Below the pieces are notes generated by a model. That model saw only the letters and a list, made by a program, of their open reading frames with translations, searched no databases and was not told the DNA's origin. A program made the translations under genes and the position numbers. From Schizochytrium sp. TIO01 (Eukaryota > Protista > Bigyra: Labyrinthulomycetes): a stretch of DNA of 64,000 nt. The stretch is taken from NCBI GenBank assembly GCA_004764695.1, contig SMSO01000014.1, positions 3,281,648-3,345,647 on the forward strand. The letters run 5' to 3'. Below are positions 1-12,900 of this stretch, piece after piece (the first letter of the stretch is position 1; the number at the start of each line of letters is the position of its first letter).

Positions 1-722
1 TGGCGGCGACGGCTGCAAAAAACTTTAAAAGGTGTAGACTCAGTGTAGCCAACACAACGCACGAGGCCTTCTCCTCCAGGCAGTTCTTGAAAGATATAGG
101 CGCGAAGGACATGAAAGAAGTTACAGGTATGAACACTTGAAGGCCAGCCATAGTGCCAGCCTTGGCGACTTCTGTTAAACTGAAATCCGAAGGCAGTGCG
201 GTCACCGGGGATCCAAGGAAGGCTTGGATTACCCCGTCCTCGCTCCTTACTGGTCTTGATTGCTGCAAGTTTCATGACTTCTCCGATTTTGACTTCTTGT
301 GCTTCATTTGCCAAGCCAAATATCGCCCATGCATGATATTTTGCAGGCATAGTAGTTGGCTCAGTGTTAACATAGATATCGACGACAGTACCGCAGAAGC
401 CATGTGCAACATGGCCTCGGCCAGTGTCGCAGCTAGGGAAGCATCGAAGATTTTTCTGGCCGGTGTCCTTGTTGTTGCGTTGGTATTTCTTTGCCAATTT
501 GGTAATAAATCCACAGTTGACTTGTGCAGACATACTCTGGTTTGACCAGAGGGCACTAGAATTGCCCTTTGTGAGAAAGCTTTGGTTGAGGTTAGAGATG
601 TTGAAGCTGGATGTGGGCCACACGAGCCGATCAGTCAGTGGTTGGGGTGGTTGATAAGCTTCAAACCCTGCTGCAGTAAGAAGTTGACTTGGCGTATCCA
701 CGAGAATGCCGATATTCCGCAT
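1..722 (-). CDS. Uncharacterised stramenopile-type Cys/His/Trp-motif domain protein (putative DNA-binding protein); 3'-partial, continues beyond the left edge
   Basis: Manual translation gives an open frame of 240 codons from ATG at 722 (in-frame TAG about 9 codons upstream; alternative ATG at 533) to the window edge: MRNIGILVDTPSQ...KKYQRNNKDTGQKNLRCFPSCDTGRGHVAHGFCGTVVDIYV...PWIPG...FQFNRSRQGWHYGWPSSVHTCNFFHVLRAYIFQELPGGEGLVRCVGYTESTPFKVFCSRRR. This is the longest open frame I found in the window, has globular-protein composition and contains no microsatellites. The motif string resembles a hypothetical-protein family I recall from oomycetes. The ORF track omits it because there is no stop in the window. 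Confidence 0.9.
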   Translation of the reverse strand, partial: MRNIGILVDTPSQLLTAAGFEAYQPPQPLTDRLVWPTSSFNISNLNQSFLTKGNSSALWSNQSMSAQVNCGFITKLAKKYQRNNKDTGQKNLRCFPSCDTGRGHVAHGFCGTVVDIYVNTEPTTMPAKYHAWAIFGLANEAQEVKIGEVMKLAAIKTSKERGRGNPSLPWIPGDRTAFGFQFNRSRQGWHYGWPSSVHTCNFFHVLRAYIFQELPGGEGLVRCVGYTESTPFKVFCSRRR

Positions 723-987
723 GAAAGAAGCGGCCCGAGGCCTGTAAGTCTATGCTTTCTTTCTTTCGCTTGCTAACAGGTATGCCTGGCAATATCAACT
801 CTTCTCTTGCTCTTGCCAATTGGCAAAAAGTGCTGATTAATCTATCGTGTATGAAGAAAGAAAACAAGGTGCACGTTTGTTTGAGAAATTCTTTGGTGTG
901 GCGATCGATGCGAGGTTTGGGGTTTGCTGTTGTGGAAATTCGAAAGTCAATGAAGCAGCGAAATTGATGAGAGTTTGACTGGAGTAT

Positions 988-995
988 GAAATGAA
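988..995 (-). promoter_or_regulatory. Candidate initiator (TTCATTTC) and transcription start of the left-edge gene
   Basis: The minus strand reads GAGTTCATTTCATACTCC, resembling the YCATTY initiator core described for oomycetes. It is followed by a C/A-rich leader of ~270 nt up to ATG 722. The motif is short and could be chance. Confidence 0.3.
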
Positions 996-1104
996 CTCTT
1001 CTTTGTCCTAAACGTAATTTAGCAGGACAGTATTGGGCTGAGCGTGTGCTCAGTTTGCTCAAGTCACAATGCGGGGCGCGCTCCACGTTAGAAGGTTCAC
1101 AGAA

Positions 1105-1254
1105 AATGTCCCGTGTGACCGTGATATGATTTCTGCGTGTAGTTACACGTGTATAAAGAAGAGGAAAAAAAGTTAGTCAGGCCTGCACAGCCGCAAATGT
1201 TAGCTTATTGTCTCCCCGATGAAGGCCCCGTTATAACGTAATGTCCCGTGAGAC
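1105..1254. promoter_or_regulatory. Duplicated 15-bp upstream motif AATGTCCCGTG(T/A)GAC
   Basis: Copies at 1105-1119 and 1240-1254 are identical at 14/15 positions, 135 bp apart, about 110-260 bp upstream of the candidate initiator. Confidence 0.4.
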
Positions 1255-4200
1255 ACTGACCCGTTTACCTGCACGAGCTCTGCAAAGTAGATTCCAGGGA
1301 CGGACCTGACTACGGATGCTTTCGTGGCTCGTGCACTGGAATCCCGGTCGCGTGGATGGTTTCCTCTTAAACTACTTGTCTTCGATCTCTGTGTGAATGA
1401 TGAGATAGATTTGTAATTATATAAATTCCCTCACTCCACGAAAAGCAGCAAGTTGAATGTTGTAGCAATTTTCGTCACAGGGAGGTCAGCGCAAGACTTC
1501 TACGTTCGTTGTTGAGTTGTTCTGTCGGCACGCGCGCCCCGTGGCGAAGTGGCAAGGGTTCCTCTCTCCAAGTTAGAGGTTTGGCGTCTCCTTTGTGAAG
1601 GTCTACACTATACAAAAGCCTTTGGGTTCTTTCCCTTCCTTTAATGTTGCTATGCTAGCTAGCTAAGCGGCAGTTCTTCTGCAATAACTATTGCAAAGTT
1701 CGTCCAGGGGTCGCAGAGATTGCTGGCAATGGTTGGGAGCAGGCGATCAAGTATTGATTGAAGCCGCTGCTGCTCCACTAGACGAATTAAATTGCTGGCA
1801 CGATTTCCTATCTATATATGATTGAGGATTGAAAATGTCACTCAATTATTTGCAAAAATCAGAGAATGAATTTGAAAAGCAAATAAGAAGAACCTCAACA
1901 GATCCGAATCACAAAAGCCCAAACAGATCCTGGAGAGCCTCTGTTAGCTTCGCGCCTCTGCCACCGCCAACACTGCCTGTGCAGCCGCTCAGCTGGTGGC
2001 GGTGCCTGGACTATGGCGTGCGGTCCTGCACTTGGGTTATTGCTGCTGACTGAGAACAAACCGCTCACTTACTCATCCATTCACTGACAAGCAAACAAAT
2101 AATAAAAATATTCTTTCACTCAATTGGCTCGAGGAGAGAATTATTATTATTATATTGTTCTTATTCAGTTTTTTGGAATTGTTATAATAGAGAGTTATTA
2201 TGTCCAAAAAGAGAGAAACTAGAAAGAAACATGAATGAGGAAGTAAGGCGCCAGAAGAATGAATGAAATACAATAAAAAGAAGCCTTCTTTTCAACATAA
2301 GCTTTTGCTCTCCTCGTGGAAGCAGGAGCATGTTTGCCTCCTTTTTGTTGCTCCTCTTTGCTTCCTTTCCTACTTCTAGTTTCCTTCCAACTTGTGATTC
2401 TCATTTTCATTTCATTTTCAAATCACGTTTCCTCTTTTCTCCTTTCAATTTGTACTTTTTTTCTTCTTTCAATAGTGAGCGGGTTCCCTTTCCCTTTTCT
2501 CTACCATCTCCACATCCCAACTACTCGATCATTTATCTCTTTCGATATAAAAGTCTTGAAAACTAGTAGTAGTTTCTTCTTTTGAGTAGAGAAAAAAGGA
2601 GGAGAGGGAAAGTAAGAAAGTTTTCCAGTTCTCTGAAGAAAAAAGAAAGCCACAAATAGAGAGCAAAAGCCACTTTTCTTTCAAAGTTCTCTCCCTCCAC
2701 CATATATGCCCCATATTATTATTTCAGAGCGATGAAATCACAAGCAAAGCAAGGAAGCAAAAGAAGGGCAGAAGCAGAAGAGAGATCGAGAGAGCTCTAC
2801 TTCTTGTGCTATCGAGATGAGATGATATCAATCAGCACAAAGTCCACGCACGCTCAGCATCGCAATATATGAACAGAATCAGAAGCCATCCACACGACGT
2901 CAGGGAGGCAGGCAGCCAGCCAGCCTCGTCCACGCCCATCAATCCCTCGAGTATACGTGTGTCGCTTCGCGCAGCGACAGAGAGAGCGAGAGATAGACAG
3001 AAGGAGAAGAAGGAATTCCACGCCTGGCTAGTTGTTGGCCAGCTAATAAATAATAATGAAGAGCCACCAAATTCATGCAAGGGAGACAATAATCGTACGC
3101 ATCCAAATGAAAACCCAACCAACCAACCAACCAACCAAAACAAACAGTGCTTTGATCGCTGCTCCAAACCAAATGTACTGTTTGCTGCTCCGCACTTACT
3201 TACCTGACACGGTACCTCTGTCCGTATGCGCTTATATGTAGTAGAATCAATGACAGATCGATCGATCAGTCTATTCTGATACAAGTATGAAAGTATGAAT
3301 GAATGTATGTAGAAGGAGGACCAGACCAGACCAAATGGAGGGCTAGGCCTCCTTAGGCTCTTCCTAGCTCGCTCTGCCAAACGGAGCAGCCGCCGCACGG
3401 ATGCTCCATTTAAGGTTTTGCTTTCGCTCCAGTCCTCGCCAGAGCCGCCTTCAGCTAGGTGTTCTTTCGTTCCCTTTGGGTGTTATTGGGTGTATAGGTT
3501 GCCCTATCTATGGTTCTTCCCGCGGGAAGAACACCGGTGTGAGTGAGTATCGATCATAGATAGTACCTATGCTTCCTCATGAACTCTGAGCAGTTGACAG
3601 CGAGCAAAAAGGCTTTTGCAAACGCGAGGTCTACGGAAACAGGACAATAGACGCCGATGGGGACAGAGAGCTGATTCATTGCCGCTCGCGTGAGCCTTCC
3701 TCAACTCATTGCTTGCTTTCAATTGCTTTTGATTGCTTGACACACTCATTCATTCCTACATTCTTAAGTAGCAGGTGCTAGTGGTATCAGTAGGACTGAG
3801 CCTTTCTTTTCTAGGCGACACATGAGCGAAGAACGCGAGCCAAAATAGACAGACTTATGCAGACCTCTAATACTCACTCCCTTATAAGAATATGGAAAGC
3901 AACTTTTATCAAGTTTGCAAGTAAGAAAGAAGGTAATAAACATCACATTAATGAAGGCTCATCGTCGCGAAAGTCGCGAGATACTTCAGGTTCGAATGAA
4001 TGTATAAATTCATTATTTCAATAAGTTTGAACACTTTAAAAGCAGGGACAGCACGTTGTTGATGAATAGGTTGGTAAATCATCAACAAATATGTGCGATG
4101 CTCTGTCATTTTTCAAATTTTGAATCATGGTGCTTGCTGATCACAATATGCTTTTACTTTATTCATTCATTCATTCGTTCATTCAATTATGAATGAGAGC

Positions 4201-7200
4201 AGATGGACGCACAACAAGAACTCAGAGTCATCTCTCTGATGAGAATGGTAAGGGAATGAGTGAAGGAGGGAGTGAATGAGTGGGTGAGACTCTGAGGACA
4301 ACAACCATCCACAATGGAGGCTGGAGTTATCCTTTTCTTTACTAAATTAAAAAAAAAAAGAATTTCCAAGCAGACGATTATCTTCTTTTCTTCCACTTAC
4401 AACAGAGGGAAAAACATAAACTGGGGGAAATGAACTTCTATTGCTAAAAAAGCTTTCAACTTAAAAGAATGGTTTCGAACATGAAAAATATTTCTTTATA
4501 TTTTGGTATACCTAAAAAAGATAATATTTGCTCATACTTTTTCTATTTTTTCAGAGACACCAACAACTAGAATTTCCTGGAAACCCCTTTAGAATTTAAA
4601 TCATAGTTCCAGAAGCAGTTCGAAAAGTTAACCTCGTTCAAAGAAGAGGGACAATACTCGAAAGTCTCCAATGCCACAACAAATGAAATAAAACGTTTAT
4701 ACATTCAAAAGTTCAATGAAGCATAGTCTTAGTAGTGGCATTGGCAAGATCTATAAGTGATACAGGCTAGAAAACACTCCAATGACTTTGATATTTGCTG
4801 ACTTAAAAAAAAAAAAAGGAGCCATGCATGTCACGAATCAGGGTTCGCAGCAACTTCTAATTAAGCTCATATTATTGAAAAGAAAGAATGATCATAAAAA
4901 TACACTTCATCTCTTTTCAGGTTAAAAATAAGTTATAGTTAAATAAACTTTGGAAGCTTGAAACTAAAAAAGAAAAAAAAGCTTTTAACAGAGTCAATTC
5001 GATATTGTTCCTCTAGTTCTTTTCTTCCTCTTCTTTAGTAGAGGGTAATTTTAAATTATTATTAGTAAAGCCGGATTCGGAAGGAGACGCGGAGGGTTTG
5101 ATAGAAAGCAATGTCTTTGTTTGTTTGTTGTTTTGAGCACTTTAAATATAAAGAACTTTGAAGTGCCAATACTGTTCGCTTCCCTGGCCCGTGCCGTCTG
5201 GGATCTTTGTACCTCCTGTCGCTCTGTTGTTGCTCATAGTTGGTGCCATCTGTCTCTCCATCTATGATGCCCTTTGCGCCTAACTGACGTCGCTGCTTGT
5301 AAATAGGCCGTCTATGCCTGCCGCCTCTACCTCTGGAAGGGAGTACGTACCTATGTAGCGGTGTTGTTGGCCCTCTAGTCAAGTCGCTTCTTTTGTTTTC
5401 GCACGCGCAGAATGAACGGTTAAAGGATGGAACAAGTGAATTATTACTTCAATCAATTGACAGTATACGGTGAATATGCTGGGATAAACAGATAAATAGG
5501 CAACAGACAGTCTGATAAAAAGACCGACAGACAGACAAACAGACAGACATGCCTAAAGAATGCGTCGTAGGCAACAGACACTCAAAAAGAACTTTTCAGT
5601 TCTTTTAAAATAAAATATATCAAAAGAGGTGAGCATGACTCACTTTTGGAACAAATCAATCATTATTTTCATTAACAAACTCAGTAAATTCCAAACCAAA
5701 AAAGATAAGCACATATCGATGAAAGAAAGGAAATAGAAAGACCTTCCGAGACGTACAGGGGGGGTAAAATGCCTATAAATGCGATTTGAGGAGCATTTAA
5801 ACTAGTTTTTATTTTCCAAAAGCATGCCATGTGAGTCGAAAGAACGAACTTGAAAAGCGACCGAAGAAAAAAAAATTCAAGAGAAGCCTCAAATTACGAA
5901 CGAATGCTGTTAATGCATGGGTTCGAATGAGGTGTTGAGCGATGGCTGCTCAAATCTGGTGAGGTGAGTCCGGAAAGCCCCAGGAGAGTTAAAACATTGA
6001 GAGCTTTCGTTGTTGCACAAGAAAACTGCGTTTTTTTTGTTTTTGTTTTTTTCAATCCGGGCCTGTGAGTCCGCTGTAATATATACATAAATATAAATAA
6101 AATATTTGTATAATACATACTTCCATCCTCGAATCAACAGCTCATCGGTGGCCAAAAAAAATCAGTCGTGTCTTTTTTGTTTTCTTCATTTTATTAAAGT
6201 AGAGCTACACCTAAAATAAAGTAGAAAAAGAAAAGAAAAAGAAAAAGAGAACATGAGCATTGAAAGAAATATTTCTAATTTAGCAAAATGCAGTTCGAGA
6301 CTCGCCACAACTCTCATCATGCCTCACCATGATTGCCCTTAAAAAGAAGCACATGGCATTTTTCAAGGAGTTGTGTTTCCTTTGAAAAAACGACAACATT
6401 AAAATATGTTAAAAGTTTAAAAGTGCATACAGGATAAAGGAAAAAGAAGCGAAACAAGATGACCAGGCTTCATTTCCGTGCGTCTGACTTTCCTTGACGG
6501 GGCGAATGTTCGCGTGGAACTCGCACGAGGTCCGCGTTTTGAAAAGCCTCCGGTCTTTCCATCCTCAACCCATGTCACACGCACGCTCCTGAGTCTCTGC
6601 CTGAAGCAAAAATTTAGTGTGAGCTCGATGGACCCCGCATGGGCATATAGGGGCATATGCGATGTTCTCTTGTTCTCTTTTGAAACTTAAAAGAAGAAAG
6701 AAACCACTCCAATGCGAAAACAGCGTAACCCACAACTGCAGCAGATTTCGCATTTTATTTTATCATATTACTAATCATTTATTTAAACATTAAAATCGGT
6801 TTCCGAGTACACATGCATGCATGCATGCATGCATACCTTTCCGTAGTGTCACGTTTTAGAAGTCAATCACAAGGCCTCTTAGAGCATTTCTCTCAAGTGG
6901 TCAAGCAGTCAAAACTAAAAGTTTAGGTCGAGGGTCATATGGATAGAGCGAGCTGCCTCTACTTCAAAGTATCAAGGCACGTCTCTATGAACGAGCGCCT
7001 CTCACTTTCTTCGAAGAAGCAACTATACTGTTGGCCGGCGTATCTTTTGTGCGTCGCTTTCAATGTAGGCAGTCGCGGCCGCATCCTCCGCGACCTCCGC
7101 GTATGGTGTTAAACCGTGGACCCCTGAAGGTGAGCAAGAAGAGATAGATACATAGTAGTAGTAAACACGAATTATCTCCGTCTTGCGAATGAATGCGCGA

Positions 7201-9777
7201 CCGAGTGAATTCTGGATGATTTCGATTTCTACATTTCGATAAACATCTATCAAAACAGCAGATAACTAAAGCGACTGAAAGCATAGCAAGCTACGGGTAG
7301 GTAGGTATTAAACACTGGCCACAAAGAAGTTTGCTCGCTGACTGAGGTCTGTATTTAAACAAAACACACCTCACGAAATCGTTCTTCAATCAATCAATAA
7401 ATAATAGTACCCGTGCAAAAAATTGATTCTTACCATCCTGAGATTGAGGGCAGGTGGATATGGCCACATTTGTTTTTCCAATCGACCTGTCTCCTCCGCT
7501 CAGGACGAGAGTGAAAAGCACTAAAAGGTGAATCGAAGACAGACAGACAGACTCCTTAGTATTTCTGAGACTCTAACGAAAACCACGGTAGCACTCCCAC
7601 CCACTAGCCTGAGGCAAACAGTAAAAAAAATAAAATTGTTTGCAGCTTGGGTTAATAAAAACCCACTCAAGCCAACAAAGCAATCACTGATGACAAGGTG
7701 GGGAGGGATGTAAATGAATGATTATGTACCTAACGCGAGCACTCGCTGCCGCAAAAGCAGACAAGAAAAAGGAAAAGAGAGACAAAAAATGCAAAAGAGG
7801 GAAAGAGACTCGAAGAGTGAGTGACGATTCATGCGAAGGTCATTCGCACACTTGTGGCTTGGCACGCAAGACGACACACGCGCACACTTGGCCGTCGCCC
7901 GGAGCCACATCGCCGCAGACACGGACCTGGCGAAGCCTCTGATGATTGCCGGTCAGTTCCTTCGCTGAGCTGTTGGTTGATTGTGTATTGGCATGCTTGC
8001 TTGAGGAACAGAGTTTCTCCTCTACAGTCACAGTCTGATTGCAACGAGTTTAAGGCTTATTAATGAGTTTTAACCCGCGATAAAGAACATGATCTATTTT
8101 CTTTCAAGGCACCTCTGCAAACTCGTAACCATTGAGGTAGATACGCACTAGCAGATACATGGAGACCTCTGGCACTTTCACTTGGGATGGCAAAACGAAG
8201 ACGTGGAGAGTAGTGCCTGGCTTCAGCGAAGGCTCGAATCAGGTCGTGCGATTGGAGTTTGTCTCTTATAAACGGCCTGGGAGCGACTGAAAACCTTCCA
8301 TCCAGCTCGAGCAGCCGCTTCAGAAATGCGAAAGTGAGGGACAGGCAGTCTTCGCAGTTTGCATGGAAGGGAAATAAGCACCATTGTTTATTTGTTGTTT
8401 CCCACTTCATCGCTCATGAGCACAAAGTAGGTATATATTTGTTTTCATCCGTCGAAATTTTGATGTCAAAAAAATGAAAAAGAGAAAAGAAGTAACATGT
8501 ACGTATCAAAACATAGGACCACCTAGAAACAACTAATTATAACATATATAAAAGTTTTAAATACAGATAAATGCAAAATTAAAGAGAAGGAGCTCTGTTA
8601 GTAGATTCAACGTGGTCAAAATAAGTAACTTAGAATAGTAATAAATAATAAAAGCATACAAAAAATGATTCCCTTTTCTTTTATTTTTTCATAAAATGGC
8701 CTTTCAAGTTCTCAAAAAAATATGATAAAATGACATAAAACTACTTTTGAGCGAAAAAGGAGAATGGGGAATGAGAAGGTAGAAAGTAAAGCATTGACGA
8801 ATATGCGCTGCATGCTTTAGTTGTTTCCTTTCCCTCTTTCCCTCTCTTAGTGTGGCTGTCCTTGGCTTTTTTCCCGCTAGCTTTTTGGTTGCAGAGGAGG
8901 CCAAGGTTGGACAGCTGCCGTCGCTGCGTTGCGTCTCGTCAGCAGTGGCTCACGACCCGTGACGCTCGAATTCGTTGACAGTCGGAGGAGGATGGGTGCA
9001 ACCTACGATAGCTCTCTTCAAATTGCCTGCTGGGATTATCAATCAGTCAATCAATCAATCAATCAGCCAGGCAGAAGAACCCGCTCCTCGTGGGTGGTCT
9101 TTCATCAATAAAAAAAACAAGCGAGAAAATCTACTGCGAGCTTGTTCTTTTTCTCTGAGCTCCTCCTGTGTGGATTTGCAAATGATTAATTCCTGCTTAA
9201 ACTGTCATTCGTTTTATGATAACGCGAGAATGAAAGGAATAAAGCAAGGCGATGAGCCCCACCAATCAGCTTAGTTATGTTTTTTCGCAATCAAAGAAAG
9301 AAGAGAAATAGCTAACTATAACTAACGAACGAACAATCAAAGAAGGAGAGACCAAAAGAAGAAAAGAACGAGTAAATAACCCTGTAACAATCTGCAGCAT
9401 TCCATCGAAAAGCAGGTGAATAAGTTGTCGGAGAACTCGTACGCACTCCTTCCTCCGGCAGACAGAGAGTCCGTCGTACCTCGTGCTACGATCGAGTGAA
9501 CAGTTCGTTATCAACAGCAAGCTCGCTTGCAGTTGGAATGAGCTTTCGGAATTTCTTTCTTGAGAAATAAGCAATCTTGAGAAAGAAGAGATCGCTTGGC
9601 CTTTCACTGCATATTGATTGACTCACTGTTTGTTTGTAAAGCAGAATGCAGTCATTCATTCATGCGCAGGTGCTTAATGCCCAAAACTCAGAGCTCTAGG
9701 CTTTCTTTCATCAGACCCACAGTGCCAACGGAAACGCCGCCAGTAACTCATTGGCCAAGATGGCGGCCAAAGCTAAA

Positions 9778-9806
9778 CAAGCAAGCAAGCAAGCAAGCAA
9801 GCAAGC
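9778..9806 (+). repeat. (CAAG)n microsatellite
   Basis: About 7 units, decaying into (GAGC)n. Confidence 0.95.
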
Positions 9807-9903
9807 GAGCGAGCGCCTGCGCAGCCAGGGTTAGAGATAAGTGTCTCACCTAAAGCGAACAAGCCATTGCAAATTACTTATAACGAAGTGAGGAGTGACG
9901 ACC

Positions 9904-9954
9904 GACTGACTGACTGAATGAATGAATGAATGAATGAATGAATGAATGAATGAA
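9904..9954 (+). repeat. Compound (GACT)n-(GAAT)n microsatellite
   Basis: Directly visible. Confidence 0.95.
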
Positions 9955-12900
9955 GCAACAAATGGCACCGACAAGAGCAGCGATGCGGTCAATCAACTCG
10001 AAGCCCTTCCGATCGATCGATCGATTGAACGTCGTTGGTTGCGCTTCTGTTCCGCTGCCTCCCTGCTCGATTGACGGCGACCCCAGCGAGAGCGTGCGTT
10101 AGACCTCTATAGAGAATAATGAAAGAAAAAGTCTCGATCGTGGGCAGATAGACAGTAGCAGTGTTTTATTGATTATAATCATTAGCCTGTGGTAGTAGCG
10201 CTCTGCGAAAGCTGGTTCTTCTCGCGGGAGACTGAGAGACCCGTGACTCAGTAGGCGGCAATATGGGCCCAAGCAAACCCGCTGTTCCCCCTCTCAACTT
10301 TTGAAAGCTAAGCACAAGCCCCACTGTGGGGACCCACTGGTGGTTGGAAGAAAGCGCACTCCAGGCCTAGAACTGCAGATAAAAGGAAGAAGAACAAGAG
10401 GTCTGAAGCAGGGCTACAGTCTCAGTCTTTAAGACACGAAGAGGCGAAGAGGCGAAGAAGGATGCCGAGCGTTCTTTCGATTGCGCACCGACCTAGTCAC
10501 GCTATTGCTCGAAGAACAAGCGTCTCATGAATCAAGTTTATATCCTGATCCTTTCGTTTTCTTTCTTCAATGAAAAAATGGAATACTCTTTTAATCAGTT
10601 AGTCAGGTAGTAACGAGATAGTCAGTTAGTTTCTAGTTAGTTAAATGCTTAGATAGTTCTCTTCTTGTTCTAAGGTGAGTGAGTCAATGAAAGTGAGTGA
10701 GTGAGGGAGTGAGGTAGCAGGCACCTGCCTACCTACCTGCTTAGCTAGAGGTAGTAGTAAATGAGGTGATATTAGTAAATCCTAAAATCAGTAAATGAGC
10801 AGCGAAGAAACAAATACTGGGCTAGCTTAGTGAGTGACTAAGTAAGTACATAGGTAAAGAAATAAAGAGCTTAGAAAGAAAGGAAGGAAGAATGGAAGGA
10901 ATGAGCCAAAAAGCAAAGAAAGTTACTAAGGAAGGAAGGAGCCAAGGAAGGAAAGGAAGGAAGCAGGTACACAAGGTCACCGCTCCAGGCTTGACAAAGA
11001 TTGCCTCTTCTCGAGCCTTTCTCTGCGAGCGATTTCATCTGCTGCTTCAGCGACCCGAGTTCACGCCACAGGATGGCGCCGGTCTCTCCAACAGACCTCC
11101 AGATTACCTAGCTAGAGGCTGACAGACTCTGCGTTATCGCTGTGCTAGTGGATAGTCTCTTCAAGCCTCGTTAGCTTGGTCGCAGCTGATAGGCCAATAA
11201 ACGCACGACTGCTTCGATGGGCTTTCAAGTCTCATGAATGCAAGCCTAAACTACGCACGAGAACTGAGAAGAAGAAGAGACCGCCAGCGAACTGAATGAG
11301 AGAAGAAACAAAAGGGACACCAAAGGGGAAAACAGGAAAGAAGCACCTCCAATCAACGAACGGGTGGTGAGCGAGAACAACCTCGAGAGAACCAAATAGC
11401 CAAACTTCAAGATGTCTATCTATCTATCTACCTTACCTGCTTGTTGATATCGGCCTCCTCGTCCTTCTTTCTTTCAGGCTGCTGCTTGATCCTAAAACTT
11501 TTCGTTCAACAGGTGCTTTGAAAGCCCGTTAACAACTTCCTGTAGCATTAATTCGCATAATTCGCATAGCTCGTCATAGAATTTATAGAATTCACAAACT
11601 GCTTCATCATTCATAAGCTATGATGATGCTCTCCTCACCACGAGATCTGTGAAGAGCGAGCCTCGTTATTTCTTCACAAAGCAGCCAAGCAGCCAAGGAA
11701 TGGATTGATCGAACGATGGACTCGGAGCTCTTCACAGCTGAGCGCAGGCGCCGAGTTGCGGTACCCGCGGAGGCACCGACCGCTTCAGGCTCCGGCAAGC
11801 GTTAGGAACAGCAGTGGACGCTTTGGAGAGAACAGGCAGCCAGAACGTAGGTCTGGAGAGATACAGAATACAGAATTCCGGACTTGGTGCGTATCTCATG
11901 AGGTGTAGAAATGGTTTTCTTGCGTAAGCAATCGTTCGTTCTAGTCTAGAGTCTAATTCTACAGGTTCTTTGTGAAAAGTAAATAAAAGTAAACTAGAAA
12001 AAGACAGTTTCTGTCTCTTTAGCAACTTTCACCCAAGAAATGAAAGCGACAAACATAAGAAAAAAGAAAAGAAAAAGAAGTATTGTTTGCAAATTGTTTG
12101 TGTACGGACTTGAATTATTCCAAGTGCTTCAGGAGAACCTCAACGTAAATGCGGAGGCCTGCGGAGGCCCGCGGAGTGCGCACGAGTACGTACGCGCGGT
12201 GTCGTCGGTACCTACCTTCTCCAAGACGAATTTGTTTGATGATGTACTTTCCTACTGATAAATGTTTTATAAAAAAGGAAAAAGAAAACACCTTTAAAAA
12301 ACAAAAGAACGAAAAGCATCATCAGCATTTGGGCTCCTCGTTCTCACCTCCGATGTGTCTGGCTGGCAGAGGTGTGGAGCTCCAGGCGTGCACGCGAGGG
12401 CCCGAAAGAGGATCGTTTGAACTGCCTGCGGAAGAGGCTAACGATTTCAATTCATTCGTTGCATAATTGCAGAATCCATCAACTTCTCTCCCACTCTCTC
12501 GCTTGAGCAGAGAATGTGTTGATTTATTTTTACTATTATCTATATATCCCTCCGGCTATCGATGAATAGATTCTGTCATGGTATAAAACACTCTTCGATG
12601 TCAGTGGAGGCAGTGCCACTCGAATCGCGAGTGCTGGCTGGTCCTATCTATCCACTCCAGCAAGTAAGCGACCAAATCAGGCGCGAGTAATGCAGGTGGA
12701 GCCACCCGTGCTCTTTATTTTTACATCCTTTATATATATTATTTTATGTTATTTTTCAAATGGTTATAAGTAAAAGAAGAAGAAAAACAGCTAGGAGACC
12801 ATAGACTTAGAGGAGTTCAAAATAATTTGACTCTTTCTTTTACTTAGAAAAACGTTTTTTATCAAATAATAATAATATTAATAATAGCAGGAGTTGTTCC

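Noticed and set aside
153-1086. ORF-track calls overlapping the left gene (153..545 +, 272..556 -, 661..1086 - and others)
   Set aside because: Shadow or alternate frames of the 722-to-edge ORF. The 661..1086 frame begins at GTG and has no recognisable motif, although a frameshifted or spliced N-terminal extension (…SKRKKE…) cannot be excluded.
3195-3206. Strong minus-strand splice donor CAG/GTAAGT as a distal 5'-UTR exon of the left gene
   Set aside because: GTAAGT arises readily from the abundant (GTAA)n repeats, similar sites occur on both strands, and there is no good polypyrimidine acceptor before ATG 722.
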